The notes under the pieces: generated by a model | What the model saw: only the letters and a program-made list of their open reading frames with translations | The model's database searches: none | Told to the model about the DNA's origin: nothing | Made by a program: the position numbers and the translations under genes | Shown: piece after piece, positions 26,032 to 38,000 of the stretch | Numbering within the stretch: position 1 is the first letter of the stretch | Layout of the letters: each line of letters opens with the position of its first letter | Source of the DNA: Raillietiella orientalis | Lineage: Eukaryota | Direction: 5' to 3' | NCBI GenBank assembly: GCA_036172245.1 | Contig: JAYWIR010000008.1 | Location: forward strand, 3,410,001 to 3,474,000 | Length of the DNA: 64,000 nt

Positions 26032-29000
26032 TTAATTTTCATCGCCTTCAGATTCCTCGTCCCCGGCTCCTTGATCTTCCGTATCATCTGATTCCTCCGA
26101 TTCCGAGTGAACCTCGTCCTCGGGAGTTGGATCGTTCCTTTCCATTAGTTCTATACCGATAGGCATATACTCCATCTGCAGAGGTGCGACGATCGGAGGG
26201 CTGTAATCGTGGGCTAAATTTTTTAGTCCTGGACCAACATAAATGTTTCCATAGTTGCTGCAAGAGATGTGACAAGAGATAATTCTTTGGCATCCTGCAA
26301 GGTTTTTACGTGCAACCAAGCAGCGACGACAGCGTTGCCCGGTGCTTGAAGCACGCGGGGTGCGTGCACTGTATTTGTTTTCCCCTTGTAGTCGTGGCAG
26401 CATCTCGAGTTGCCTGATGGCTTCATCCCGTTTCCGGAAAAAAGCGTGTTTGAACCGGCCGAACGCCCCCGCGTGATGACGGCCCCGATCCGAATGCAAG
26501 CGCAACAGGCTGCAAGAGGTGCCGTCGTGCGCCGCTGCTTTCCAACGCTTTTCGTGCGCGCCGTCTCCCCGCCGCAGCCAGCGGAGTCCTGCCCTTTCCA
26601 TCCGAAATGGGCAGGCGTTTTTGTGACAAGCGAGACGGAGGGAGAGCCGCATCAGGGTTCGCCCGTGGGGCTGGTGAAGTCTGCGTCGTTGCCACGTGTG
26701 ACCACGCCCGTGCTTTGCTCGCCTTTCCGAGCCCTCCTCGGTTCCATTTGCAGACCGAAGTTGGCGCACTTCGCGAGAAAAGAACGTTTGCCCCCTCATG
26801 CTACTGAGGGGGTCATCCTTAGGTCAGCTTCCCTCGGGTTGGCTGCTCCCGCACCGTGCTGCAAAATGAGGTTGCCACTCGGACAGAAGGGAGGAGGAAT
26901 CGCTGCCGGATGAACCCGCGTCGGAAACGAAAGCACGTGCAGCAGCGCCGACGACGACACGGGAAAGGAGCAGGCTTGTCCACGTCACGTGTCGCGCCGC
27001 CGCTCGAAAAAGAGCCTGCTCTGACATGCCGCCCTGTGGGCGAATCGGCCCTTTCTCAAGGAGTCCGTGCAGCCGATTGTCCGTGGTCTGGGAGCGCGCT
27101 GCTCTGCCTTTCCCGGAGGGAGTGTCATGCCGAGACCCGCGCTCCCTCAGGGAAAGGCGGAACCGGTGGCAGCGTTGTCCCCCCAGCCGGGACGGAAGCT
27201 GCCCTTCAGAGGGCGGGCGAGCGGAGATGAAGATGACCTGAGACTTGGAACCGACGTTTTCGGTGGCGGCGGGCTCTGCCCCCGCAGAGAGCATCCGGCG
27301 AAGCCGCGAATGGCACGAGGTCAGCCAGGCGGTGGCGAAAGGAAGGGGAAATGACGCTCTGGCTGGCTGCCCAGATCTCGTTCCAACGACGGGGGCGGTT
27401 TGAGCGTGCGCAGTGCTGCGCGCGGTTCGTGTCCTGTCAGGCCCGCCCACATCCCCACGGCTTGCGGATGCACGCGTCGCGTCTGGGTGGATCCTGGGAG
27501 GGTCTCGGCGGCGGCCCCTCCGACCAGAGTTTCTCTCTGTACGGAAAACGAATCGATAAACAAGCAGTAAATAAGGATAAACACGGATGACCGCGAGCAA
27601 GCGGATAAACGAGTGAATGGACAAATGCGCGGGAACCCTTTCTCCTTTCTCTCCCTCCCCCCAAAAAACCTCCTGAAGTTTTTTTTTTTTTTTGAGGGGA
27701 AGGGGGAGAACTTAGAACTTCAGAGAAGGAATCTCTCTGCTATTCTGCCTTCCTTTCGTGTAGAGCCTACAGTGAAGGCGGCTGCTTTCGGGGAAAGCGG
27801 TTCTGGTCTTCGGTTTTCTCCCCCTCCTGGATTGTAGAGACCGCTCGCGGCGGTCCGAAAGCTTCGTCTCCTCCTCTTCCCCCCCCCCACCTGTCTCTCC
27901 TTTTCTCCCCGCCACGCCCTTCCTCCTCCCTATCAGCTCTCCTCCGTACCGGCGGTGCCCGAAAGACGCTGCCGACTGCGAGAGAGGGAGACGGGAGACA
28001 TCACAACCTCCCCCGCAGCCACTCGGGTGACCGCTTATCTCCTCCCTTTCCCTGTCCCTTGCGGCGGAACTCGCCGGAATGCGGCAGAGGGGAGGTGGTC
28101 GGTCAGTAGAGTCGCGTGGCGAGTGGGAGGGCGGACCTAAGCGGTCGAGCAAGAGAGCGTGTGCATCCCTCCCCCACCCACTGCCCCACTCCCTTTCTCC
28201 CCGACCCCGTCATTGACGAGGGTGGGCAGCTGCCAAGGTTCCGGTGTTCCCTCCCCTTTCCTTCCTGGGAGAAGGACCTACTTACATCCCGTTGCTGTAG
28301 GTGACGGCTCCGGACCAGATGTTCGACCGGACCACAGCCATGCGCCTGCCTGCCAGCGTTCCCTCCGAGAGGCGCGTGGACCACGCCGGCGTGCTGTCCA
28401 TCCCGTTGTCCTGCGACACCAGCGACAGGAGAGGAGGTCCGACCTCGGGCTCGGGGGGCATCGCCCTTCGCCGATAGGCCGATATGCTCTCATCCTCGTC
28501 CCCTTCCTCTTCCTCCTCCTGGAACGCGCGCGGGACGTCTGGCGGGGGAGTGTTATCCTGGTCAGGTCTCGCCAACGGCGGCGGATCGAGCGCATGTAAG
28601 ACTCCCTCGCCTCCCCCCTCCCTCCCCTCCTAAGGGAAAAAAGCACGAGGGCTCCGAGGAGTCCCACATCCCGTCTGTCTCCGAGCAGCGCGGGTTCCCT
28701 CGGTTCTCCTTCTCTCCGAAGGGAGGTGGGGGAGACTCCACGTGTTCTCCGCCTTTCCCTACAGGAGACACGCGTGGGGAGGAGACAGGGAGAAGAGCAG
28801 ACCGTCCTTCCCTCACGCGCACCCCACCGAGCCACCGAGGGATAGGGAGGAGGAGGACCCATCTGCTTCCTGACATTGTCAGGGGCGGCGGACGAGGACA
28901 GCTCCATCCACTTCCTTCCCTCGCGCGCGCTCAAGGAGGGGAGGGAGGGGGTGGTTGGGAGATTTCCTGCTCCAGGGTCCGCTTGCTTTCGTTCTCCTTC

Positions 29001-32000
29001 GTCCCTCTTTCCGCCTCTCTTCCTCCCCGTCTTGAGAAGCAGGCCCCTCCCTCACCACTTTGAGAAGAACAGGCCTCTGGTCGCCGTTTCTCCGGGGTGG
29101 CGACGGACACCCCCAGAACGGGCCTTCCCTCCCCCCTGCTCCTCCTCTCTCTCGGATGCTCTCTTGTCTTGGGCATCTAGCTGGCCTCAGTGTACCCTTC
29201 GCGTGCTCCAATCCGGATTTTCGCCGACACGGCGGCGGCCAGCGGAGTTTCTCTCGGGCTCAGGCGGAGCCGGGGCAGAGGATGCTTCCTCGATGACGGT
29301 TCTCGGGGCCGTTGGGCGATTGCGATCCGCGTGGAGGAGCCTCCTGGACCCGAACCCGCGTCCCTGGCGTTCCCAGGCTGGGGAGTCGGGCATGTCGTCC
29401 CTGCGCTTCTTTTTCGCTGCTGCGGCCAGCGCCTCCCGGAGCGGTGTGGTGAACGAACGCAGGAGCGCAGCTCCCCCATTCGACCAGCAGCGGCAGGGCT
29501 GCTAGGGCTGCTTCTGCCTTTGTGCGCATCGCCAAGGACGCATGTGTGGTGGAGGTAACGGTGATGGGTTCGCACCCGGCGTCCGCACTGTTCGGTGGCG
29601 GATGAGTTCTTCGGGGAAATAGAGGAAGAGGGGCAGCCAGAAACGAGGAGGGTGTGACTGAACTGGAACGGTGTCCGGGGAGCACCGTTCCACGAGGGAG
29701 GACGCGAGGAACCCTCGAGGACGCGACTGGAGCAAACCGGTGTTGGTAGTGGTCGTCATCGTTGTCGTTGTCGCCGCCGTCTTCAACGCCCTTCCCCGAG
29801 ACGTACCAGATCTTCGTCCTGATCCGTACCGGGGTTCCACCAGATCGTCCTCCCCTGAGGCAGGATGTTGAGGAAATGGTGAGCCCACTTCTCCAGCCGG
29901 GGATCCGCCAGCTCCTTCGGGGTGAAGGCCTCGTAGTCGGCGTTCCTCTTGCACGACGTCCTGGCTGAGAGGAAGCACGGAAGGTGTCTACTTCCCTACC
30001 CCCCCTTCCTTTCGCATTCCCTCACCTGTCTCCTCCTCGGAACCGTAGGACATGTCTTCATCCTCGAAGATATAGTAGCCGACCGGAGAGATGGAAGTCC
30101 CAGCGGATATCCTGGCGATCTGGGCCCTCAGGTAATGCCTTTCGCTCCAGGGGAAGGGCGGGAAGGTCTCTACCTATTTTTGAATCGCATCGTCGGGAAA
30201 TGCTTCCCCTTCCTCCCTCTCCCCCTTTTGGGTTCCGGAAGGCTTTTTACCTTTAGGTCGAGATTGCCCGTGAATCTCTTGCGGATGCTCCTGGCCGCGT
30301 GCACTGCGGCGCACTTGCAGTCGGGAAGTCTAGTCCAGGCGCCACCAGACTCGTTGCAGACGAAGTAAACTTTCGTATTGGTCCCCTTCCCTGGAAGAGT
30401 GGGAGTTTCCACCTCCGTCCTTGCCGGTGGCGCCTCCCGGAGGCGCGGAAGGGAAGTGACCCGATTCCCGGCTGCCAGGCAGGCCGAGCTCACGCGAAGC
30501 TTGCAGGAGGAACTCTCCCCGGTATGCTGCGCATCTTTCGACTGCCCCCTTGTCCGGAACGGCCAGGACTGTCGCAGAGTTGGGGATGGCCCATCTTTCC
30601 CTTTGCGTATCTGTTGAGGCCACCCTACGCGTAAACGCGACCTCATGCTCGATGTCCCGGGCAGGAGGAAATGAGAAGGAATGACTGCCCTCGCCGCTCC
30701 TGCAGGAGGATAGCAGCGGCCTCCGCAAGACGAGCGCGCGCGAGAGGGTCGGACCATCCATCCATTACTGATCGAACATCCTGGTGCCTAAAGCAGTCGT
30801 TTCCTTGGTCACCGAGATCCTTCCCTCACAGCAGCCATCCATTTGCACGCGCTTCTTGGATTGGTCCTATCTGGACAACCCTAGGGAATGCCTTAGGGAA
30901 AGCGAGCAGCTGATGCCCTCTGGAATCGGCTGTTCGCTAGATGAATGCCCCCGATCCTTCAGGGAAACCAATCTTGACCCCGAGAAGGAGGTCATCAGCG
31001 GCGAGTAAGCAACAAGCCGCGCGCGTGCGAGTGCTTGGACCCGCTTTCGTCAAAGGATCAGGAAAGAACCATTGTCCGGTGGAGTCACCTGGCTCTTCAT
31101 CCGGGACCACCGCGGGATGAACTGTCTGCAGCTTGGGTAGTGGCGGCTGCTTCCAAATATCGGATTCCTCCTGCTCCTGAGCGTCGTCGGGCCTTTCGTT
31201 CGTCTCGCCGGAATGTTCCCTCAGCAAGTCTTGGTTGGCCTGCAAAAGGAGAGTCTCCTCTTATCAGTTACTCGTGCATCAGTTGAGGATCAGGACTCGT
31301 CCTGAACTGTGATCGGGGCTACCCTCGTCACTCGCCAGGTCAGTGACCATTAACTGCCACTCGTCGTCCATTGGTGGCAGCAGACGATCCGTGAAAAGGC
31401 AGCCGGAAGCACAGATTTCTCCCGGTGAAAACCCCCGAGGATGAGGTGTGCGTGTTGTGCGTTTTCTTCCCCCTTCGTAAGCTGGGGAGTTGCCGTGGAG
31501 TCTTCACTCCTTGCGTGACGGCCACGACGAACCTTCGAACATTCCGTCCGCCGGAGTATGCGCAGCGCCAGCGGTCAAGGAGGCAACGCCCCGGAGGAGG
31601 ACGTTGAAACCAACATTCTCCCCCGTCCCGGCAGCAGCATTCCCTTTCTCCTCCCTGCTGAGGAGGGAGCTGGGGAGCCTCCCTCTTTTTCTCCCCATGG
31701 GACCCGTCTCCTCTCATGCGTCCCCCTTCCCCCATCCGCTTCGGAGGAGTCGCTGGTTAGAGCAGGCGATCCGCCCCCGGAGAACCGTTCTCCGGCAACG
31801 GACCACTCGAGTCGCAGATGGCGTGCCTAGGTCCGCGTTTGCATCTGCGCCTCTTCGAAACATGATCTTCCACCTTGGCGACTTTCCTGTTCCGGTCACG
31901 CTAAACCTCTTTCCCAAGCTCAGAGGCCGTCTTCCTGCTGCGCGGCCACAAAGCCGGGAAATTCGAGTTCCTCCGTTCGTTCTTCAAACGCGCCAGGGCG

Positions 32001-35000
32001 AGTTGCTGCAAGTCCGACATTTCTCCCTTCCCTCGTCCGCCACCGCCCACTGAGATTCGAAAAGATTTCTCTTTGCAACCCACCCCAGAGCGCGTACCCA
32101 CTCTCGTTCTTCAGTGCGACCAACAGCTTCGCTGCCTTCGCTTCCTCCATTGTTCTGACCGCTGGCCCGATCGAACCATGCTGAGGCGATCGTTCGACGA
32201 AAGTCCGTAACCGGAAGAGTCTTTCTGAGATCGGATGGGTTTCAGGTGACTTGACGCGGTGATCTTGCTTAAAGTTGCTCCCGATATGCACACAAGTCGT
32301 AGTTCCCTCCCCTCCCTCCTCCAAACTCTTTCTCTCGCTTTCTTTCCCTTGTGAGGTGGACGTGGCGTCCCGGCAGTTTGGTCACGTTCGTCCTTGGTGG
32401 GGTTGCGGTTGCCAGATCAGTGTGATCTTCACAGCTGACCTTTCGAACGTTGATCACCCCGAAGGCCTCCACCTCCGCTGGATTTCTCTGTACCAAACAT
32501 TTCTTCGACCTGAGGGCAGCGCCAAGACGAGCTTCAACTAGATCCCACTCGGGCGCTCTGGAAGAGAGGTGCAGACTGCCGTTCGTCCAAATTGTGGAGC
32601 AAGCTTTGAGGACGAGCCGACTGTCTTTGCTACCAGTGGTCACGCCTCGACGAGAGAATTTGGCTACTTTTCGAAATGCTGCGGCAAGAAAGGCTATGCT
32701 CGCCAATGAGTTCGACAATGGAAAGGGTTCCCAGGAGAGTTCACTCGACCTCTTTTTAAACCATGTCCGCGCTCTCATAGGCGCTTCTTTCGCGCACTCA
32801 TTCTCGTCCCTCGTGCCAACGGCAATTTGGCTCTCTGCGACTGCTATTTGATTGGAGAGCGCCGGACAGCCCACACACGCGAAGTGCTTTTGCAGCCTCA
32901 GAGCGTCCCCGCCCGCCCAGGATCCAGATGATTGAAACGGCTCGCTTGCAGCAGAAGGTACGTCCATGTGTGCAAGCCGTTCGCCCGTGCGCCAGCACGC
33001 GAGGTTCTCGTTGCCTAAGCAACTGTCTCTTTCCACGAAGATGAAATCGTTCCCCCAGCGGAGTTGGAAGGCGCACAGCTGGAGGCTCACTTGACACATT
33101 CGTAGTTCTCATGCCTCGTCTCTGGCTTCGAACCAGGGTCTGGGAAAAATCATCTCAGATCGATTTCCTCCTCGATATCTTCCCTTCCATAGGATCGCAC
33201 CATCAACTGCACCGTCCATAGCATGCGACTTCGACTGCTTCAAAACCTCTTCGTTGTTTGGCCGGCTTCCTACTGCAATGGAGCTCACCATTACCTCCTT
33301 TGTCGTCATCCCCCAGAGTTGGTTTCCTCATGGGTAGCCACCACCAGTCCTAGTCAGCGGTAAATAAAGCACACTCTCCGCAGGTTTAGGATGGAGCTTT
33401 GAAGGAAACCATTCTGCCTTGCACGGATGACCTCGTCTTCTTGGTGGCAACGGAGTACGCACCTCCGTATGCCCCACGGAGCCTTTGCGTCCATCTCGGT
33501 AAGCCAAGGCACTTCAAAGCGAGGATGCCGAGAGGAGCCAGAGAAGCAACTTTTCGGATCACCAAAGACCTCGTTCCGATACCCTGGCACAATGAAAGCT
33601 GCCCCAGACCCAAGCAAATGGCTTCGGGTTGGAACTCGTGCCCATAGGTTTCAGCCAAGGCGGGAGCTCCGCATAGTGGATTTTGCGGATCGTCCCCCGC
33701 AGCAGAAGCTGGATGCCGTGGAAACCTCCTCCCGCGTTCCTCCAGCCTGAGGGCATCACCAGCGGCTTGATGCGTTCGCGAAAGAGGGCTGCACACGCTG
33801 CGCAGAACGGTAACCTCAGTCAATCGCTCAAGAAGAGTGGTGACATTGCCCAGAGGGGCAGAGGGTGAATCATCGTATCTGCCGACCGACTGAGGGAATG
33901 TTGCGACCTCACGGTTTCGGCAAAGCTGCCCGGTCCGACCTTTCTCCTTCCGCACCGCCTGGCTCGATTGGCACGAAACACCGTGCGTCAGGATGCGTGG
34001 ATCCGGCAGCCGTCCGTGGAGTCACCAGCATGCTGCCGGGTCCACCGTGGTACTGGCGCGGAAGATGCGCTGCCTGGCAAGGGTAGGCGGAATCCTCGCT
34101 GCAAACGATGTCGGAGGCTCATCTTCAGTGCCGCGGAAGAGCCGAACACTTGCTTGCCAAAAGAAACTGCAGGTGCGAAGTCGCACGGTACACTCACGCC
34201 CGGCGGCTACTTGAACTTATTGTCGGGAGAGAACGAGAGCGACTTTGAGCCAGCCACACGGGACGGTGGACAGAGCTTGCGTCGCCCTTTTCAGCATCTC
34301 AGCGATCCTGAGAGGAGGTTCCGCGGAACGTGCTGCTGCTGCTGCCGCTGGAGAGGGCAGGGTTAGACGGGAGGGCGGCGCGCTTGTCTCGGACATGTGT
34401 GAAGCAGCTCTCAGTGCTTGAGTGTGGTGCCGCGCAAGGGAGCCGGACATGCTGGCAGTCACTTCCATGGCTGCAGGTTCGGAAAATTTGAAAGTGACCA
34501 CAACTCCTTCTTCAATCCTCCTCCTCCCCCTTCTCCTTCTCTCTCTGCCCTTGCATTTGACCTCACTAGAGGGCGTCCGTCATGGCAAATCCGGTTCCCT
34601 CCGATAGGCCGCTCCCAGCCTTGGCTGCGCGTCCGCATACCTGTCCGATCCCGTCCCACGTTAATGTTCGCACCAAGATTTTGAGGAGGCTCGCGGGGCA
34701 AGGGACCCCCCCCCTCCCGTTCGCTTCCTCGTCTCCCGCTACCATTTCGGGGAGCCTCGTGAGTGGGTGGTGGCGCGCCATGCTTCAGTCTGCAGAACGT
34801 TTCGCGAGGACCTCGCGAGAGGCTTGCACTCCTGATCTCGCGTCCCTGCTTCCCTTAAAGAGAGCACTCGCTGCCCCTGCCGGCGCTACCACCGGACCAC
34901 CAAGGATCATCTTCTTCCTTGCGCACTCTGGCTTTGGCTGTGCGCAGAAGGACCACCCGGACTTCATCCGCGCTGGCGCACCTTTCCGTGGCCAGCCACC

Positions 35001-38000
35001 TCTCCCCGGATGCCTCCGGTCCACGCCAGGAACGTCGTGCCTTTCTTCGGGTCGGGACCGAATCTTCTTCCCAGATCCCTCTGCTCTTCAAGTGGAATGG
35101 AGTTTCTCGTTGCTTTCCCGACCGTAAACTTGAGGATTCTCCCACGAGGCGGAGCTTGACGTTCGAATGCGCACGCATGTGCGCTGCGCCTAGGGGGCCG
35201 CCGCTCCTGTTGCTCGGTGACACGTAAGCACTCGAGGCGTGGTCGGCGGCGTTTCTCTCGCCCAGATGGCGCGAAACGACTCCCTCCTGCCCTCTCCCCT
35301 CCCTGATACGCATGCACGCACGCACGAACGCACGCACGCATGCGCGTCTTTCGGGCGATCGGAAAACAGGAGCAGCACCTTCTGTTCTCTGGAGCATTCT
35401 TTGGTGGTGGCTGCGCGCTCCCTCGCGCGCGCAGCACTCACGTGGGACCCGCAACCTTTCCTGCAGAAAAGCAGCCCTGCGCGCGGCGACACCGGCAGCA
35501 TTTTCAGCTGACGGACGCACGGGGAGGGGTGGGAAACAGTCGGATTTCAATCGGGCCAACAGGGCTCCCTCCCCCTCTCCAAGATTGGCATCCGAGACCG
35601 CCATTTCACTTACGAAGGGTATCCTCCCCTTCCTTTCGACCTCCCTTCCTCTAGACAGGAGTCCCGTGCCCGCGTGAGCGCACTGAATAACGGCTTACCT
35701 TCTCCTCCTCTTCTTCCTCCAGGATACCAACGGCCTCCGTGTAATCCGCCTCTACCACCAGGTAGTTCTTGGAGGTGCCAAACACTTTGCCCCAGAACCT
35801 GAAATCGGTCAGCGCGGTGCGCAACTGCTCCTCGTAACCTTCCTCTTCCTTTCCCCACTCCCGCCGCCCCTTCTTCGGTCCTCTCGACCTCCAGATGCAG
35901 GAGGATCCCCTGCTTGCGCAGGAGACCTCGGCACTTGTGCGGTTCGAGAGCGTCGATTCAGTTCCTCCCTTCCTCTTCCTTCTTTCCCTTGTGCGCGCCG
36001 AGTTGCACGGGAAAAGCAGAAAAGAACGGCCTCCGGGGTCATGCTGGTCAGCCAGTCACGTGTCCAAGTGAACCGAGGCAGGCGAACCGGAGCGGAACGT
36101 CGGACTCCCTTCTCGTAGGGCTGCCTCCCGTTCCCCCTCCTGGTCAATGTCGGCATCCGGAATGCCCCACCCGAGAATAAGTCCAGTGCTTTTCAAGTCC
36201 TCCCGCCGAACACTGCCCAAACGATCCACGTAGAAAGCGCCAAGCGCCTGCGCGTGCTCGAGGGGCGACCGTCCGTTTTTGGTGGTCACGGACGCGGAGG
36301 ATTCCACTCGGCGCGTTCCTGCGATCGACTGTGATGCAGCGCAGGCGTGGTTGCCGTGGGGATGGCGCTCCGCAGCCCAGAAAACAGCTCCCTCGTCTGG
36401 TCCCCCCTCGATGGAGTGGTTGGCGTCTTCGTGGCTACCAGCTCGCCTCAACTCCGAAGCTTCTTCCTTCCTACCTCCTGCCCTCTCTCGGAGATCCTCG
36501 GCATCTGCACGCTTGGAGCATCCGACGCTGCACGCAAAGCAGCAGCAGCGTCGGATTGCCCTCCGCTGCTGCCCTTCTCTCCTGGGGGCGAAAGAACAGG
36601 GCAGCTCGCAGGAACGGTCAGCCCTCCTGCCGCCTGACGTGGTCCACCGACTCGCCCAGTGGCGCGGCTCCCCTCGTGACGAGCGCATCCGCCACTTGAG
36701 CCAGGGATGCCAGGCCAGCCGGATGTCTCCTGGGATGCTCCTCGGGAAGCGGAAGGGTCAACCTTTGGGGCTCTCTGCGCCTCGAGCCTCCGCACCAGTC
36801 ACCCCTTAAGGATGTTCCCCTTCCTCTCGATGTGGAACGGACGGGGCAATGCCATCTGCAGTGGCCTCCCGTCCCCACGAAACGACACGGCTCATCCCGA
36901 ACGAGCAAAGGGGAAGACGTCGACCCGTTTCGACGGTTCGGCTTCGCTCTTCGAAGGCGAAGAAGCGGCAGATCCGGTCATCCTGGTAGACCAGGCAACT
37001 GGAACGTCTGCCGCGACACGTGTCGACTGGTTTCAGCTCCACGCGGGTGTCGCGTTTTTTCTGGGTTTTTATCCTAGCCTCTCCTTGTGGAACTCCGTTT
37101 CCTTGGCAACCTGCCCTTCCTATCGAGCGGCGATCCTGCAACCGATGCTGCAGTGCGATTCCTTGCTGCTGCCGTAGGCAACACGCGTCGCTCAGGCGTG
37201 CCGCCCTTCACGTGACTTCAGACGACGATGGGCTCGCATCGTCGTCCCCGGCCTTCCCGGTGCGAATTCCAAACTTGCGAGGAGATCCCTCGCGATCGAG
37301 GGAGGGGGTGGATCGGGGTGCTGCGCCGCTGCGGTGCGCACGGAAACCTCCCCCCGGAACGTGAGCTAACGGCCGCGGGCTGCTCTTGGAATCGGGGGAG
37401 ACTCGACTTTCTCCTCGAAGCTCACGCGAGTTCCCAAATGGCCCGCAGCCGCTGAATTCGGGAGCAGCTCGGGTTCCGCACCCTCACAGATGGAACCCAC
37501 CCTACAGAGTGCTCGCACAAATGCCACCTCGCGCTCTGGAGGGAACCGAGGGTCTCCAAGAAGTGTTGCGCGCAGAGTTTCTGGGTTGGAGGAACCCGGT
37601 ACCCGGGGGCCGCTCCAGAAGGGTGAGCTGCCCTTGCTCCAGGTTTCTCCTCGCAGTGAGCGGCGACGCCGCCGGATGATGCGCAGCTCTTCCTCCTCCT
37701 CTTCTCCCCCTTCCCTTGTTTCACCAGGTGCAGGAGAGCACGGTCACTCCCCTGCTGAACGCGGCACCCTCCGGACGCGACTGGAAATGCCTTGAAGTTT
37801 CCCAGCTGACCGCGCGTGCGTCCATCCGGGAGCCGAAACGCGCCTTCGCCTCCGAGAAAGGCGGGCCGAAGAGAGGAGTCTTCCCCAGTCGCGGTGGAAC
37901 TCCCGAATAGGCAAGCCTTCCGGGAACCCACTCGATCCCTTGATCTGCATACCCTCCCTTTCCTCCGTGACGAAGGAACACGCGCCGCCGTTCCCCCCGG

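Noticed and set aside
33000..33620. Resemblance to GT49 glycosyltransferases (AFIVPG, WEPF)
   Set aside because: Motif order is wrong, and a colinear gypsy RT-RNase H reading explains the region better.
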